A stretch of 64,000 bases of DNA from an uncultured virus (IMG/VR IMGVR_UViG_3300020578_005267) (taxonomy: Duplodnaviria; Heunggongvirae; Uroviricota; Caudoviricetes), in IMG/VR virus record IMGVR_UViG_3300020578_005267; one strand, given 5' to 3'. The notes below the pieces were generated by a model, which was given only the letters and a program-made list of their open reading frames with translations, ran no database searches and was not told the origin of the DNA. A program made the position numbers and the translations under genes. Positions 9,509 to 19,420 of this stretch are shown here, piece by piece. Position 1 is the first letter of the stretch, and every line of letters begins with the position of its first letter.

Positions 9509-10413
9509 TAACTAATAATCGTGTTGAAGTTTTTACTGAAATCTATATTATCACCCCTATTTTGTCTAACTTCATATAGAAGATCATTGAACTGGTCTCT
9601 GATTTCAAACAAGTTGTATTGTCTGTAGATATTATTGTTAAAGTCATAGATTGTGTAAATTCCATCATCCATAGATTTAGTCTGATTTCCGTAAAGCGCG
9701 ATTGCTAGCGTTGACACGTCATATTCAACCATTTCAATATCAATTGTTACAGGATTGAAAAAGGTGTTTGTTAAAACGATGTCTTGATCGGGTTGTCCGA
9801 TATATGGTGTTGCGTTTGGTTTGTTTGTTGGTGATGATGAAGGTGATAGGGTTAGGAACATTAAGTTTGCCGTACTATCAGTGTATCTGTATCTTATTGA
9901 TTTTTGTTGGGTATTTACCTGATTTGTGACGACTGGCTCACAAAAGAAATTAGATGTAACAACTCTAAAGAAATTAGGTATTTTTGTACCATCACTATTC
10001 AGATATTCTATTCTAAATCCAACAAGACCTTGAGGAACAAATTTATTTCTATATTCCTGAGGTATCAAATTAAGGTCTAATACAAGTCCTTTTACGTTTG
10101 GTAATGCGCTTAGAACGCCACAATCCACAATTACAGTTCTTATTTGTGCAGGTCTAATCAAAAGTGTGTAAATCCCAAGAGCATTGAATTCTGTCGCTGG
10201 AAGGGTTAAGTTGTATAATCCACCCAAGATTTCTACAGGGGACCCTCCGATTTGTTGATTGCTGAAATAAGGACGTAATAGAGTTTTAGCATCGAGTTTT
10301 TTCAAAACGAAATTGTTTGTTACGTCTCTTGAGGGAGTATAATTCAAAATTATCTCCATGTCATCTGGTGAACAGTCAGCTGGTCTTATTGTCCCGTATG
10401 AAGCTATTGCCAT
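9508..10413 (-). CDS. Hypothetical structural protein (301 aa)
   Basis: ORF translationally coupled to the downstream gene; TATTTAT motif upstream. Confidence 0.6.
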   Translation of the reverse strand: MAIASYGTIRPADCSPDDMEIILNYTPSRDVTNNFVLKKLDAKTLLRPYFSNQQIGGSPVEILGGLYNLTLPATEFNALGIYTLLIRPAQIRTVIVDCGVLSALPNVKGLVLDLNLIPQEYRNKFVPQGLVGFRIEYLNSDGTKIPNFFRVVTSNFFCEPVVTNQVNTQQKSIRYRYTDSTANLMFLTLSPSSSPTNKPNATPYIGQPDQDIVLTNTFFNPVTIDIEMVEYDVSTLAIALYGNQTKSMDDGIYTIYDFNNNIYRQYNLFEIRDQFNDLLYEVRQNRGDNIDFSKNFNTIIS

Positions 10414-10430
10414 TTCTTTGTTTTATTTTC

Positions 10431-10438
10431 TATAAATA
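10431..10438 (-). promoter_or_regulatory. TATTTAT putative phage late-promoter motif
   Basis: 17 nt before ATG 10413. Confidence 0.65.
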
Positions 10439-10448
10439 GTTTATCTGT

Positions 10449-11525
10449 TTATTTGGTTTCAACGTTGAAAAACTTGTAACCATAATTGATTAAGTCTCCC
10501 AAGTTATCTACCTCTCCAAGTCTTTGTATTTGTTCGTAAGCGGAGTTCTTTCCCCTTTCTATGTAGATATTAGTAACAATCTCCGCATCTCCCACAGCCT
10601 TCTGTAATGCAGGATTCTTGAAAAAGAATTGTGCTGTTAGTTCATTTTCAGTGAATCCTGAACTTTGGACGAAGAATTTAGTTTCTCCATTGGCAAAGTC
10701 GTAGTAATCCACATTGTGTATTGTGTATGCTGTAAATAATGGGGACCTATTATTTATAACTCCGAATATACCTCCGTCTTTAATTACGGGTGCCCCAACG
10801 ATAAATTTCTGAGGACCATATTGAGCAAGCTCTTGTATTCTCGAATTTGTTACACCCGAGACCGTATATGGTACAGTTGTAAACGTTGAAGATACTTGAT
10901 CCTGTATGTTGTTTTCAGCATCACCTGAAAAAATGAAATTGTAACTTACAGGTGTAAAGGTCCAACTTCCTGTGTTTGATACAAAAAATGCGGTTCCGTT
11001 TGGATTGATAATTGTTGCTATTCTATATGGGGTAACTACTTCCTTTTTAACAATATTTGTACCCCAAGGATTATTTTGAGTCAAAGTAATTGTATAAGCA
11101 CTCACAACCGTGGGGTATTGATGAGATATTGATGCGGGGGTGAGTTGATTGAAACTATTTGGGGATGATCCATCTCCCCAATCAATTGTATAGGTTGATA
11201 ACTCAATAAACTTTTTGAACTCGTCTGATGTGTTGTAAACATTATAAATGTATGGGTTAGATGTCGTGGATGAAAAGATGAAATTTGTTACAACATCTTT
11301 TTGGTGCACAGCACCATCAAAAGGTGAGTAGTATCCACAATCTACAACATTTTCAGTTATAAGTATGGGTATTGTTAATCCAGTCAAAAGTGAAGATCCA
11401 CCTGGTCCCGAACTAAGAACCTGTGTCATTGCTGAATAAACTCCCACAGGGCTGCCTGATACGTTGACCGTGAACAGATCTCCACTGATAACTTCGGGTG
11501 ATATAATGTAATTGTAATCGGGCAT
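10449..11525 (-). CDS. PKD-domain-containing putative structural protein
   Basis: YTIDWGDG...SHQY...YTITLT matches the PKD Ig-like signature. Confidence 0.65.
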   Translation of the reverse strand: MPDYNYIISPEVISGDLFTVNVSGSPVGVYSAMTQVLSSGPGGSSLLTGLTIPILITENVVDCGYYSPFDGAVHQKDVVTNFIFSSTTSNPYIYNVYNTSDEFKKFIELSTYTIDWGDGSSPNSFNQLTPASISHQYPTVVSAYTITLTQNNPWGTNIVKKEVVTPYRIATIINPNGTAFFVSNTGSWTFTPVSYNFIFSGDAENNIQDQVSSTFTTVPYTVSGVTNSRIQELAQYGPQKFIVGAPVIKDGGIFGVINNRSPLFTAYTIHNVDYYDFANGETKFFVQSSGFTENELTAQFFFKNPALQKAVGDAEIVTNIYIERGKNSAYEQIQRLGEVDNLGDLINYGYKFFNVETK

Positions 11526-12313
11526 TATGGATTTATGTATTCATACCATTTTATGGGTGTTAGGCCCCCAACCCTTTGAGGTTCTATGTTGAACGTATCA
11601 AATACTTGATAAGTTCTGTTAGCGTAATCTAAATCTACTCTGTAGTAGAAATACTCACTCTGTGAGAAATTAAATTTGTTACCTAAAATTGATGACTGTG
11701 GTCTATTCATCATTCTTACAAATTGACCGGTCTTTCCATCAAAAAACTTGGCAGACATAAAAAATCTTGATATATCTAAGAAAGTTCTTTTCTTCAACCA
11801 ATAAATAAAGAACCCTTCTTTATCACCAACATAGTTTAATATGTATTTAGGTTTTCTGATTAAAACATCCGTTGTCTGCATCAGAGTATTCATTCTTTCA
11901 CCTTGTTGTGTGGGTATAATAATTGTGATGTAGTTAGTTTGTTGAGTATCAATCGGACTATCATAAAGGTCTAACTTGAAAAATGAGTTTTTAAATGAGT
12001 TAGCATAGTAATATATTTCTTGTGTTGTAAAACCCTCGGCTCTGTAATCAATCTTCCAATTGTTTACGTTGGACAAACCAGCACCCTCGTAGAAATAGAA
12101 TTCATAGTTTATTTCTGTGGATGTTTGATAATCAGCGTGAGCAAATCTGTTGACTTCAAAATCCTTGTCAGATCTGAGTAATTCTTCGATAACATTATCT
12201 TGGAAGGCAACAATATCTGCCTCAGTATCAAGATACTCCCAATCCAAATTTACGGGAATGTTGATACTATTGTTGGTAATACCCGATAACAATATTTGTT
12301 TACTCACACTCAT
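11525..12313 (-). CDS. Hypothetical structural protein (262 aa)
   Basis: ORF coupled to its neighbours in the baseplate operon. Confidence 0.6.
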   Translation of the reverse strand: MSVSKQILLSGITNNSINIPVNLDWEYLDTEADIVAFQDNVIEELLRSDKDFEVNRFAHADYQTSTEINYEFYFYEGAGLSNVNNWKIDYRAEGFTTQEIYYYANSFKNSFFKLDLYDSPIDTQQTNYITIIIPTQQGERMNTLMQTTDVLIRKPKYILNYVGDKEGFFIYWLKKRTFLDISRFFMSAKFFDGKTGQFVRMMNRPQSSILGNKFNFSQSEYFYYRVDLDYANRTYQVFDTFNIEPQRVGGLTPIKWYEYINP

Positions 12314-14042
12314 CCACTATAGGTTTGACTACTTTATCTCCTGTGTTTATGCTAAACCCACTCAACGGTCCGAATTTGGGACCTTCGCTTATGACTCCTC
12401 CAAGATCATACCCTCCGTCCGGTATTAGTCTAAATTGAGATGCGTTGAATGGATAATGTGAAAAATTTAAAAAAGGATAATTAACTCCTCTGTCCGCCTC
12501 ATCGATAAAACCATACTCATAAATGTCTCTCCACATAAACTGTTCATATGCGTTTGAATAAAAAGCCCAAAAAGGTATTTGATCAACGTTGTAGAGTTCC
12601 CCTGTTTCAATATAATTTGAAAATACTCTAATCACCATACCAATATGTGGTTGGTAATAATATCCGCTTGGATTTGTATTTGTGATTGGTTCACTTTTGA
12701 ATACATCTTGGTTGTATTTAATCTTATGATAATATGGTGATATTATTCTCTCTGACTGAGTTACATCATTCCATTCACACCAATCTCCACAGATTGTGTC
12801 TCCCGATTTCAGATCCTTATTATAATAAAATTCCTCAGTTGATCCATTAGTTTTTGTATAAGAAGAATATCCGATGTTGGAATTTGACTTGAGGTTGTTA
12901 CTGTCCCAATATAAATTGTTTCTTTCTGTTATGTTGAATTCCCAACCTTCTTTTAGTCCTGTTTCTTGTGTTGGCTTATTGAAATATCCAGTAAAACCTT
13001 TATTGATAATTGTGAGAAATATCTCATTTAGGGGTCTTTTCTGATTGTCCAAAATATTATCAATATTCAGGTCGTAGTTTGCAGTGAATGTGTATACGGT
13101 GGATGCGTTCTTTTGGGAAATTCTTGATATATTGTTTGGGGTTAACGAGGAAAATTCAAACTTCTTGTTTGCGGTAAATGGTACTTCCTCAAATCCAGTT
13201 TTTGTTACAACAATATCATTAACGTTTGTGATAATCTTGTGCATTTTTACATAATACGTGGACTTTGATTCACCTGAATTTGTTATATCAACAATCTTTT
13301 TGAAAGTTCCCTTTGCATTGTTTGCAAATGTCGTACCAGTATATCCAACATTTGTTAGATTGAATATGTAAGTTTCTGACCCAAATGTACCATCACCGAG
13401 TGTGTTAACTTGGAATAGATTATTTCCGTCATACTTTAAAGACAATTCTACATAATCTCCTATCTGTAAGTTGTGTTCACTAATACAAATAAATGAAATG
13501 TAATTTGTACCATCAAACTTCATATTTTTAACAACAAAAGGAATACCATCCCCTGATAGCCATTCAATTTCGTTAATTCCATCCGTCCAAAACATCTGTT
13601 TTGTATAATTGTTCTCTTGTGGTAAACTTAAGTAATAAGTCCAATTATAAGTGTAAGCACTTTTAGCAACATAACTGATATGTTGATCCTGTATGTTAGG
13701 TCTAAAAAATTCAAACTCATAATATTGAGGAAACCCTCTCCAAATACCATTCACTAAAGATTTCTGAGCATCAACATAGTATAGGTTGTATAGAAATGGA
13801 ATGTATTCAGTTGTGCCAGTGTAGGAGTTTTCGTAAATCGGGCTGACCTTAAAAGTAGGTCTGAAAGTTGTTGAGGCTTGTCTTTCGTCATTGAACAAAA
13901 CGGCGAGGTTAACAGAGGCAATCCGATCATATTCTGTTAGTTCGTTTTCTTTCGATTTAATTGAAACTTTGAGACTTTGATCTACAGTTGGTGCAGATTT
14001 GAATCTCAACCTACTTGGTACTATGGTTGTTGTTCCGTTCAT
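12300..14042 (-). CDS. Hypothetical structural protein (580 aa)
   Basis: Long aromatic/Asn-rich ORF overlapping its neighbours; HNLQIGDYVEL beta motif. Confidence 0.6.
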   Translation of the reverse strand: MNGTTTIVPSRLRFKSAPTVDQSLKVSIKSKENELTEYDRIASVNLAVLFNDERQASTTFRPTFKVSPIYENSYTGTTEYIPFLYNLYYVDAQKSLVNGIWRGFPQYYEFEFFRPNIQDQHISYVAKSAYTYNWTYYLSLPQENNYTKQMFWTDGINEIEWLSGDGIPFVVKNMKFDGTNYISFICISEHNLQIGDYVELSLKYDGNNLFQVNTLGDGTFGSETYIFNLTNVGYTGTTFANNAKGTFKKIVDITNSGESKSTYYVKMHKIITNVNDIVVTKTGFEEVPFTANKKFEFSSLTPNNISRISQKNASTVYTFTANYDLNIDNILDNQKRPLNEIFLTIINKGFTGYFNKPTQETGLKEGWEFNITERNNLYWDSNNLKSNSNIGYSSYTKTNGSTEEFYYNKDLKSGDTICGDWCEWNDVTQSERIISPYYHKIKYNQDVFKSEPITNTNPSGYYYQPHIGMVIRVFSNYIETGELYNVDQIPFWAFYSNAYEQFMWRDIYEYGFIDEADRGVNYPFLNFSHYPFNASQFRLIPDGGYDLGGVISEGPKFGPLSGFSINTGDKVVKPIVDECE

Positions 14043-17000
14043 TCTGTTGTAACGTATTTTTTAATAAATCTATTCATGGATGACTTTCCAACACCTAATC
14101 CGAAGTAGAAGTGATAAGGAAGACCAACAGTGAAATAAGTATTTAAATTTACAGGATCATAGCTCGGTGAATCGGATGTATTCTTATCACCCTCAAATTG
14201 ATATGCTTCATTCAATGTGTTAGGCTGAAACAGGATATTACTTCTATTATAGATGTATCCTCTCATAAAGTCCGCCTTAGGGTTTTCACCCATAAAATAA
14301 TTTGAGTTAATATCTGTACGATTAAATCTTTGGTAATAACTTTTTTGAATGGTATTTGTTTTCCATTCATTTTTCTCTGTTCCAAATATTGCATTACTAT
14401 CTTTGGTGGTCCAACTGTAGTATGGTATCAGTTGGGAATTACTACCCAAATAATCGTAAACAGCATTGTTATAATTAACGTTATCATTTCTTATCAACCT
14501 TCTCGGAGATATTAAATCTCTAGTCTGTGTTTCTGAAGAAAAAAATATACCCATCACAGGTTCCTTAGATCTATCTTGACCAATATAGAATGGATTATTT
14601 ACATTAGAACCCGACTGAGCGGTGTAAGCCTCAAAATTGAATTCTTGCACCCCTATCTCTGAATTAATTGAAATCATTTGTGCATAGTCACCGTCAATTT
14701 TAGATTTTGTTCTTGAGAAAAACGAATTCACGGATCCATCTCCTAGTCCAATAATATTTGCAAGCCAACTTGAATTGACTTGTCTCGATAATATGAATAA
14801 TGTCAATATATCTTGAGGATTGTTGAATGAAGTTGTCGGTACCTTGTTCATGTTATACCCAAAGAAATCAGCGTTCAATGTAACTTCTTGAGTGAAGGCG
14901 TCTCTCGGTCCCATATCCATAATTGTGGTTGGAAAAAGTATTTCTTTGTCGTTTCTTCCACGTGATCCAGTCCTTTGTTTACCTACGAATGTTGTTCCAT
15001 TGAACGGTGATGATCTGTAGTAGAAATTGTTTGTTTGATTATGTAATAGAACCACGTCATTACAATATTCATTATATGGTCCATTAGGATCTACAGGATC
15101 TTTAGGTGATTTGAAAAATCTCAAATTCCTAAATGGGAAATGGTATAACACTCCATTAACCCAGTTATTTAAAAAAGTATGTCCAAAAACACCTCTACAT
15201 GCCGCAAAATTAACTCTAGTTCTAGCTTTGAACTCGGCAAGTTGTTTGAAGTCGTTTGGAAGTGAAAGTATAACTTTACTAACGAAGACATAACACCCAC
15301 CTTTTATAACTGTTTTTTTATAGCATTTATCTGTTTTGGGGTAAATCCCAAAAGTTTCAGAATCCCCTGAATAACATTTGAGTGGTACTAACCCTTGACA
15401 TGAAAAAGTTGATGCAAATTGGTCTTCATACTGACTTAGTTCTTCGGCCGCATCATTAATTAAGAATGAAGACCCTTCCGCATCATATGATTCTACTAAA
15501 CCTTCGTCTGTTATAAAATAAAATGCAAAGTTTGTGTTTTGGTGTAAAAGGTAGGTATTGTTAAGATAACCAGATCTCGATGTCGATGTTGGTAGTCGAT
15601 CAGTTCTCATCACAATTTTTTGTGTTCTTGCCTGAACATCCAATGTTGTTGCCGTTGAATATGCAGGTGAGAAATAAACAAATCTATCGTATCTAATTGA
15701 AGCTAAACCCTCTTCCAAACTACCTCCAACAGATGAAAAGAAATACGATCCACCCTCAACATACTCATCATTCCAGTAACCATTCATCTTTTTACCTTGC
15801 GACCACGGTTGGTTACTATAATAAGACCCGAAGATTCGATACCAAGGATCCCATGCGAATGCATCAGAAAGATAATTTGGCTGTCTGATTACAATTGGAT
15901 AGCTCGACATTCCAAAAATGTTGACCGAAGTGTTCGATTTCACATATCCACCACCACTACCTGTGTTTATGTTAATGTGGGTTGGTGTCAAAATTGAATA
16001 TGTATTTTGGGGTGATACTTGAAAACCGTTGTAACCAACTTTGGTTGAATCCAAAGAAGAATAGTTTGTGTGCATATTTGTCGTATAACCCGAGTAATTA
16101 TTACCAGTATCAAATATGTAAGAATCAAAAAATATAGGATTGTCTTCATTGGATTGATATTGATCATGTCTTGGTAAGACCAATCCAGGTTGAATAGGTA
16201 TATTCAACTTGTATTTTGATGTTACTAAAACAGATCCGTAGTTCTGACCGCATATTCTTGATATATCAACAGTTGTCGTCTGTCTTGTACTATTTGGATC
16301 AACTCCTCTCTGTAGTATTACAACTACTATTTCTTTATTATCAGGGATTGCAAAGAAAGGTCTTGTCGCTGTGTTAGGTAACCAAGTTTTAGCACCTGAA
16401 CCTAAGCCCAAGAAACCGGTTCTGCGGTGATGCTCTTCCCATAGATACATGGTACCACCAATATACCTCTCATTCAAACTTTTTTGACCTGAGAATGTGG
16501 GAGGATTCAATGAGGCGAAATTTTGATAAGTCATTGCTGTGATCACTTGGAAATACTCACAATCCGACTTAGCCTTGGTATACATCAAATATTTAGGATT
16601 GGAACAGGTCGCTGTGGTAATATTAACACCTTCGTATGGGAATAGATCATTAACACAAATAGAACCTGTAGTTGGGGTATCACCAGAATGGTATACCCCA
16701 TCACAATCAGTGTAAAACCATTTTTCACCGTCTTCAACTGTGATGATAGATCCTACCCAACAGTTCTGTATAGTATCCGCACTTTGATTCACGATGTATT
16801 GTTGACTCAGTGACTGATCTGGAAAATCAGGGTTTGCATAATTTACAGTCACCGCTCTCAAATTTTTGGCATAACCTGTAGAGGAACTAAATCCAGAGAA
16901 ATTAGTTTCTGCTTGACTAGTGTTCGGATCCAAAGAATTAAAAGGGTTTTGGAATGTCATCATTCTTCCTGTGATAAACTGTTCGGCAGATGCCGCATCA

Positions 17001-19330
17001 CAAAGAATTGTTATTGTATTATCATAATGAAATAAACCTGAGTTTGCGGTTATGTCAGAGGCAACGTATGTTCTAACTTGATTCCATCCCCCTGTCGAAT
17101 TGAAATAGTTAGCCTTCATATTGAAGAGATTCAATCTCTCTGACAAAGTAAGGTCCATAGAACATACTGGTCTGTTTGTTTGGTCTCCTACAGGCATCCA
17201 TATTGTCGCGGGTGTTCTTTGTCCAACTATTCCCTGATTATTACCTGCAACGATTCTTTGAATGTTTTGTTGCTGATAAGCCATGGCATTTTCTACTGTT
17301 TCGATTCTACATGCAATTCCTTGATCTTCTAAATTCAAATAGTTGGCTGAATAATATTTGAACCAAGGATCATCTTGACAATATTGTTCGTCAAATATAT
17401 TTCCATAACTGACGGGATTTGGCGAATCAATCAGGAGCGTAAGTGACGTTGTCTTTAATGACTCTTGTATAAAGGCTGCAGCGCTTGCATTTTCCTCGGG
17501 TGATTCTTCTTTACAACTACATAACTCACAGTCAGGATAAATTATTGTAGGTAAAGAAATATTCTTGAATGGATTTCCAAGCGAATTGAATATATCTTTA
17601 AATGATGGCGGTTTTGGACAATTTATATTCACGAATGGGATAGCATCAATAATTTTACAGAGGACGAAAATGAATGTAGCAATTACTCCATATACAAATG
17701 TTATAAGAATTTTAAGTATAGGCCACAGGAATGCAACAATATGAACATTGACCAACAATGGGAATAAAAGAAGTAGGATAAATGAAAAAAAGAAGTTAAA
17801 AATAATGAATATAAGATCGAAATTCTTAACACCGTCGTTAGTTGGAAACCTATTGTTAGTTGAATCACACGCAGAATCTAAAATTTCTTTGATACCAATA
17901 AACCTTCCTCTGTTTGCACCATTGTGGTAACCATCTATAAATTGAGATATAGTATAAACTTTATTGTATCCAAATTGATAAAAAGTATCTTCGCAATTTA
18001 TTGCTGATTGAGGACTTGAATAATCATTCCAATCTAATGAAAACGCATATGATTTTTGAAATTGGTTCCATTGTGTGTTGGCACTATAGTTTGGTGTGTA
18101 TATTGGACTTTTAGGATCCGAGAAATCTGCGGGATCTATATTTGGAGATGTCCAACCATATTCTCTAACATTCGGGACTAGATAATATGCCCTCTTTACT
18201 TGTTTTCCTAAATCAGGGTCTTGTTCCCATTTTACTTTAAATCTATATTTTCCTTTGGTTGGTATACCTACATTTGGGTCTAAAGAGATTGTTTTTTCTC
18301 CAAATTCATTGGTCACAATATAGTCCAAATTCATTGGTAAATCGACTAAAAAAGTTCCATCTCCGTCTATCACTTTCGCACCTCCGTCAAACTCGTAAAC
18401 TTCTAAACCTGGCCTACCATTGGAATCTTGTCCGACCGTCTGTCTGATACATAAGATCTCTCCTGGCCCTGATATTAAGTCACATAAATTACCCGCTTCA
18501 GTTGAAGGTCTACAGTTTTTTCTCAGTACTCTTCTGTCACTTGCAGAAATAACAGACCCCATGAATACGGCAGTTGGTTGGATATCGATGTTGGCCTGTT
18601 CTCTCAAATCAAAATCAACTCTGTTGATTGCAATTTGGCAAACCTCGGGTTGTCCCCAAAGTGGAGAAACATCTATATTGGCTTGTAATGAAATAATCTG
18701 TGGTAATGATGCGAGGTTTGGCGATGACGCAAATTTATTTCCATTAAGTTGAGTTTCATTTGCAACTCCCATTCTTATGAGATCTTGTGGTGTCAAACTA
18801 AACTCACCTATATCGGAAAGATCACAATCCATGAACACAGTTTGATTACCCAACGGAACGCCCATAATCATGTAATCCCCACTCTCGTTGGTTCTCACTG
18901 TGTATTTGTAATACTTGTCATAGACTTGTATTACTGTCGGATTTGTTAAAACATCATTTCTTGACGGGAAAGTACCAGTTGGAACGTGTGTCGAATAAGA
19001 TTTTTCGTATGGTAAAAGATTGAATCTAAATCCATCTTCGTTTTTATCCCCTGTCGATTTATAAGGATATAGAGAAGTTATAATATCGTTGTTTCTATCT
19101 TCTTCTTGTATTGGTACAAAAACAGCAACTTTTACGTTTGGTATGCCGTATCCACCGTTTGCAACTACACGACCAACAACAACACCATAGTCCGCACAGT
19201 TTCTTGTGTAGATGTCCTCACTTTGTATCTTCATAGAGAGGATTTCTAAGAAATCGTACTCTTGATCTATGTTTACATTTAGGGTTTGGTCTTGTCCAAT
19301 TTGAGTTTTAATTCTATACGAATTGGTCAT
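14039..19330 (-). CDS. Very large putative baseplate-associated protein (1763 aa) with an N-terminal carboxypeptidase-regulatory-like beta domain and an internal hydrophobic hairpin
   Basis: GVVVGRV...GIPNVKV...TNESGDYMIMGVPLG pattern; about 60-aa hydrophobic segment near residues 505-565. Confidence 0.6.
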   Translation of the reverse strand: MTNSYRIKTQIGQDQTLNVNIDQEYDFLEILSMKIQSEDIYTRNCADYGVVVGRVVANGGYGIPNVKVAVFVPIQEEDRNNDIITSLYPYKSTGDKNEDGFRFNLLPYEKSYSTHVPTGTFPSRNDVLTNPTVIQVYDKYYKYTVRTNESGDYMIMGVPLGNQTVFMDCDLSDIGEFSLTPQDLIRMGVANETQLNGNKFASSPNLASLPQIISLQANIDVSPLWGQPEVCQIAINRVDFDLREQANIDIQPTAVFMGSVISASDRRVLRKNCRPSTEAGNLCDLISGPGEILCIRQTVGQDSNGRPGLEVYEFDGGAKVIDGDGTFLVDLPMNLDYIVTNEFGEKTISLDPNVGIPTKGKYRFKVKWEQDPDLGKQVKRAYYLVPNVREYGWTSPNIDPADFSDPKSPIYTPNYSANTQWNQFQKSYAFSLDWNDYSSPQSAINCEDTFYQFGYNKVYTISQFIDGYHNGANRGRFIGIKEILDSACDSTNNRFPTNDGVKNFDLIFIIFNFFFSFILLLLFPLLVNVHIVAFLWPILKILITFVYGVIATFIFVLCKIIDAIPFVNINCPKPPSFKDIFNSLGNPFKNISLPTIIYPDCELCSCKEESPEENASAAAFIQESLKTTSLTLLIDSPNPVSYGNIFDEQYCQDDPWFKYYSANYLNLEDQGIACRIETVENAMAYQQQNIQRIVAGNNQGIVGQRTPATIWMPVGDQTNRPVCSMDLTLSERLNLFNMKANYFNSTGGWNQVRTYVASDITANSGLFHYDNTITILCDAASAEQFITGRMMTFQNPFNSLDPNTSQAETNFSGFSSSTGYAKNLRAVTVNYANPDFPDQSLSQQYIVNQSADTIQNCWVGSIITVEDGEKWFYTDCDGVYHSGDTPTTGSICVNDLFPYEGVNITTATCSNPKYLMYTKAKSDCEYFQVITAMTYQNFASLNPPTFSGQKSLNERYIGGTMYLWEEHHRRTGFLGLGSGAKTWLPNTATRPFFAIPDNKEIVVVILQRGVDPNSTRQTTTVDISRICGQNYGSVLVTSKYKLNIPIQPGLVLPRHDQYQSNEDNPIFFDSYIFDTGNNYSGYTTNMHTNYSSLDSTKVGYNGFQVSPQNTYSILTPTHININTGSGGGYVKSNTSVNIFGMSSYPIVIRQPNYLSDAFAWDPWYRIFGSYYSNQPWSQGKKMNGYWNDEYVEGGSYFFSSVGGSLEEGLASIRYDRFVYFSPAYSTATTLDVQARTQKIVMRTDRLPTSTSRSGYLNNTYLLHQNTNFAFYFITDEGLVESYDAEGSSFLINDAAEELSQYEDQFASTFSCQGLVPLKCYSGDSETFGIYPKTDKCYKKTVIKGGCYVFVSKVILSLPNDFKQLAEFKARTRVNFAACRGVFGHTFLNNWVNGVLYHFPFRNLRFFKSPKDPVDPNGPYNEYCNDVVLLHNQTNNFYYRSSPFNGTTFVGKQRTGSRGRNDKEILFPTTIMDMGPRDAFTQEVTLNADFFGYNMNKVPTTSFNNPQDILTLFILSRQVNSSWLANIIGLGDGSVNSFFSRTKSKIDGDYAQMISINSEIGVQEFNFEAYTAQSGSNVNNPFYIGQDRSKEPVMGIFFSSETQTRDLISPRRLIRNDNVNYNNAVYDYLGSNSQLIPYYSWTTKDSNAIFGTEKNEWKTNTIQKSYYQRFNRTDINSNYFMGENPKADFMRGYIYNRSNILFQPNTLNEAYQFEGDKNTSDSPSYDPVNLNTYFTVGLPYHFYFGLGVGKSSMNRFIKKYVTTE

Positions 19331-19344
19331 TAATTGACTTTTTT

Positions 19345-19352
19345 CATAAATA
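19345..19352 (-). promoter_or_regulatory. TATTTAT putative phage late-promoter motif
   Basis: 14 nt before ATG 19330. Confidence 0.6.
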
Positions 19353-19420
19353 GTTTAACACCCATTTTCTAAGGAAAGGGCGTACAATCTAATAATAGTT
19401 GACTCGGGGTGATAATAAAC

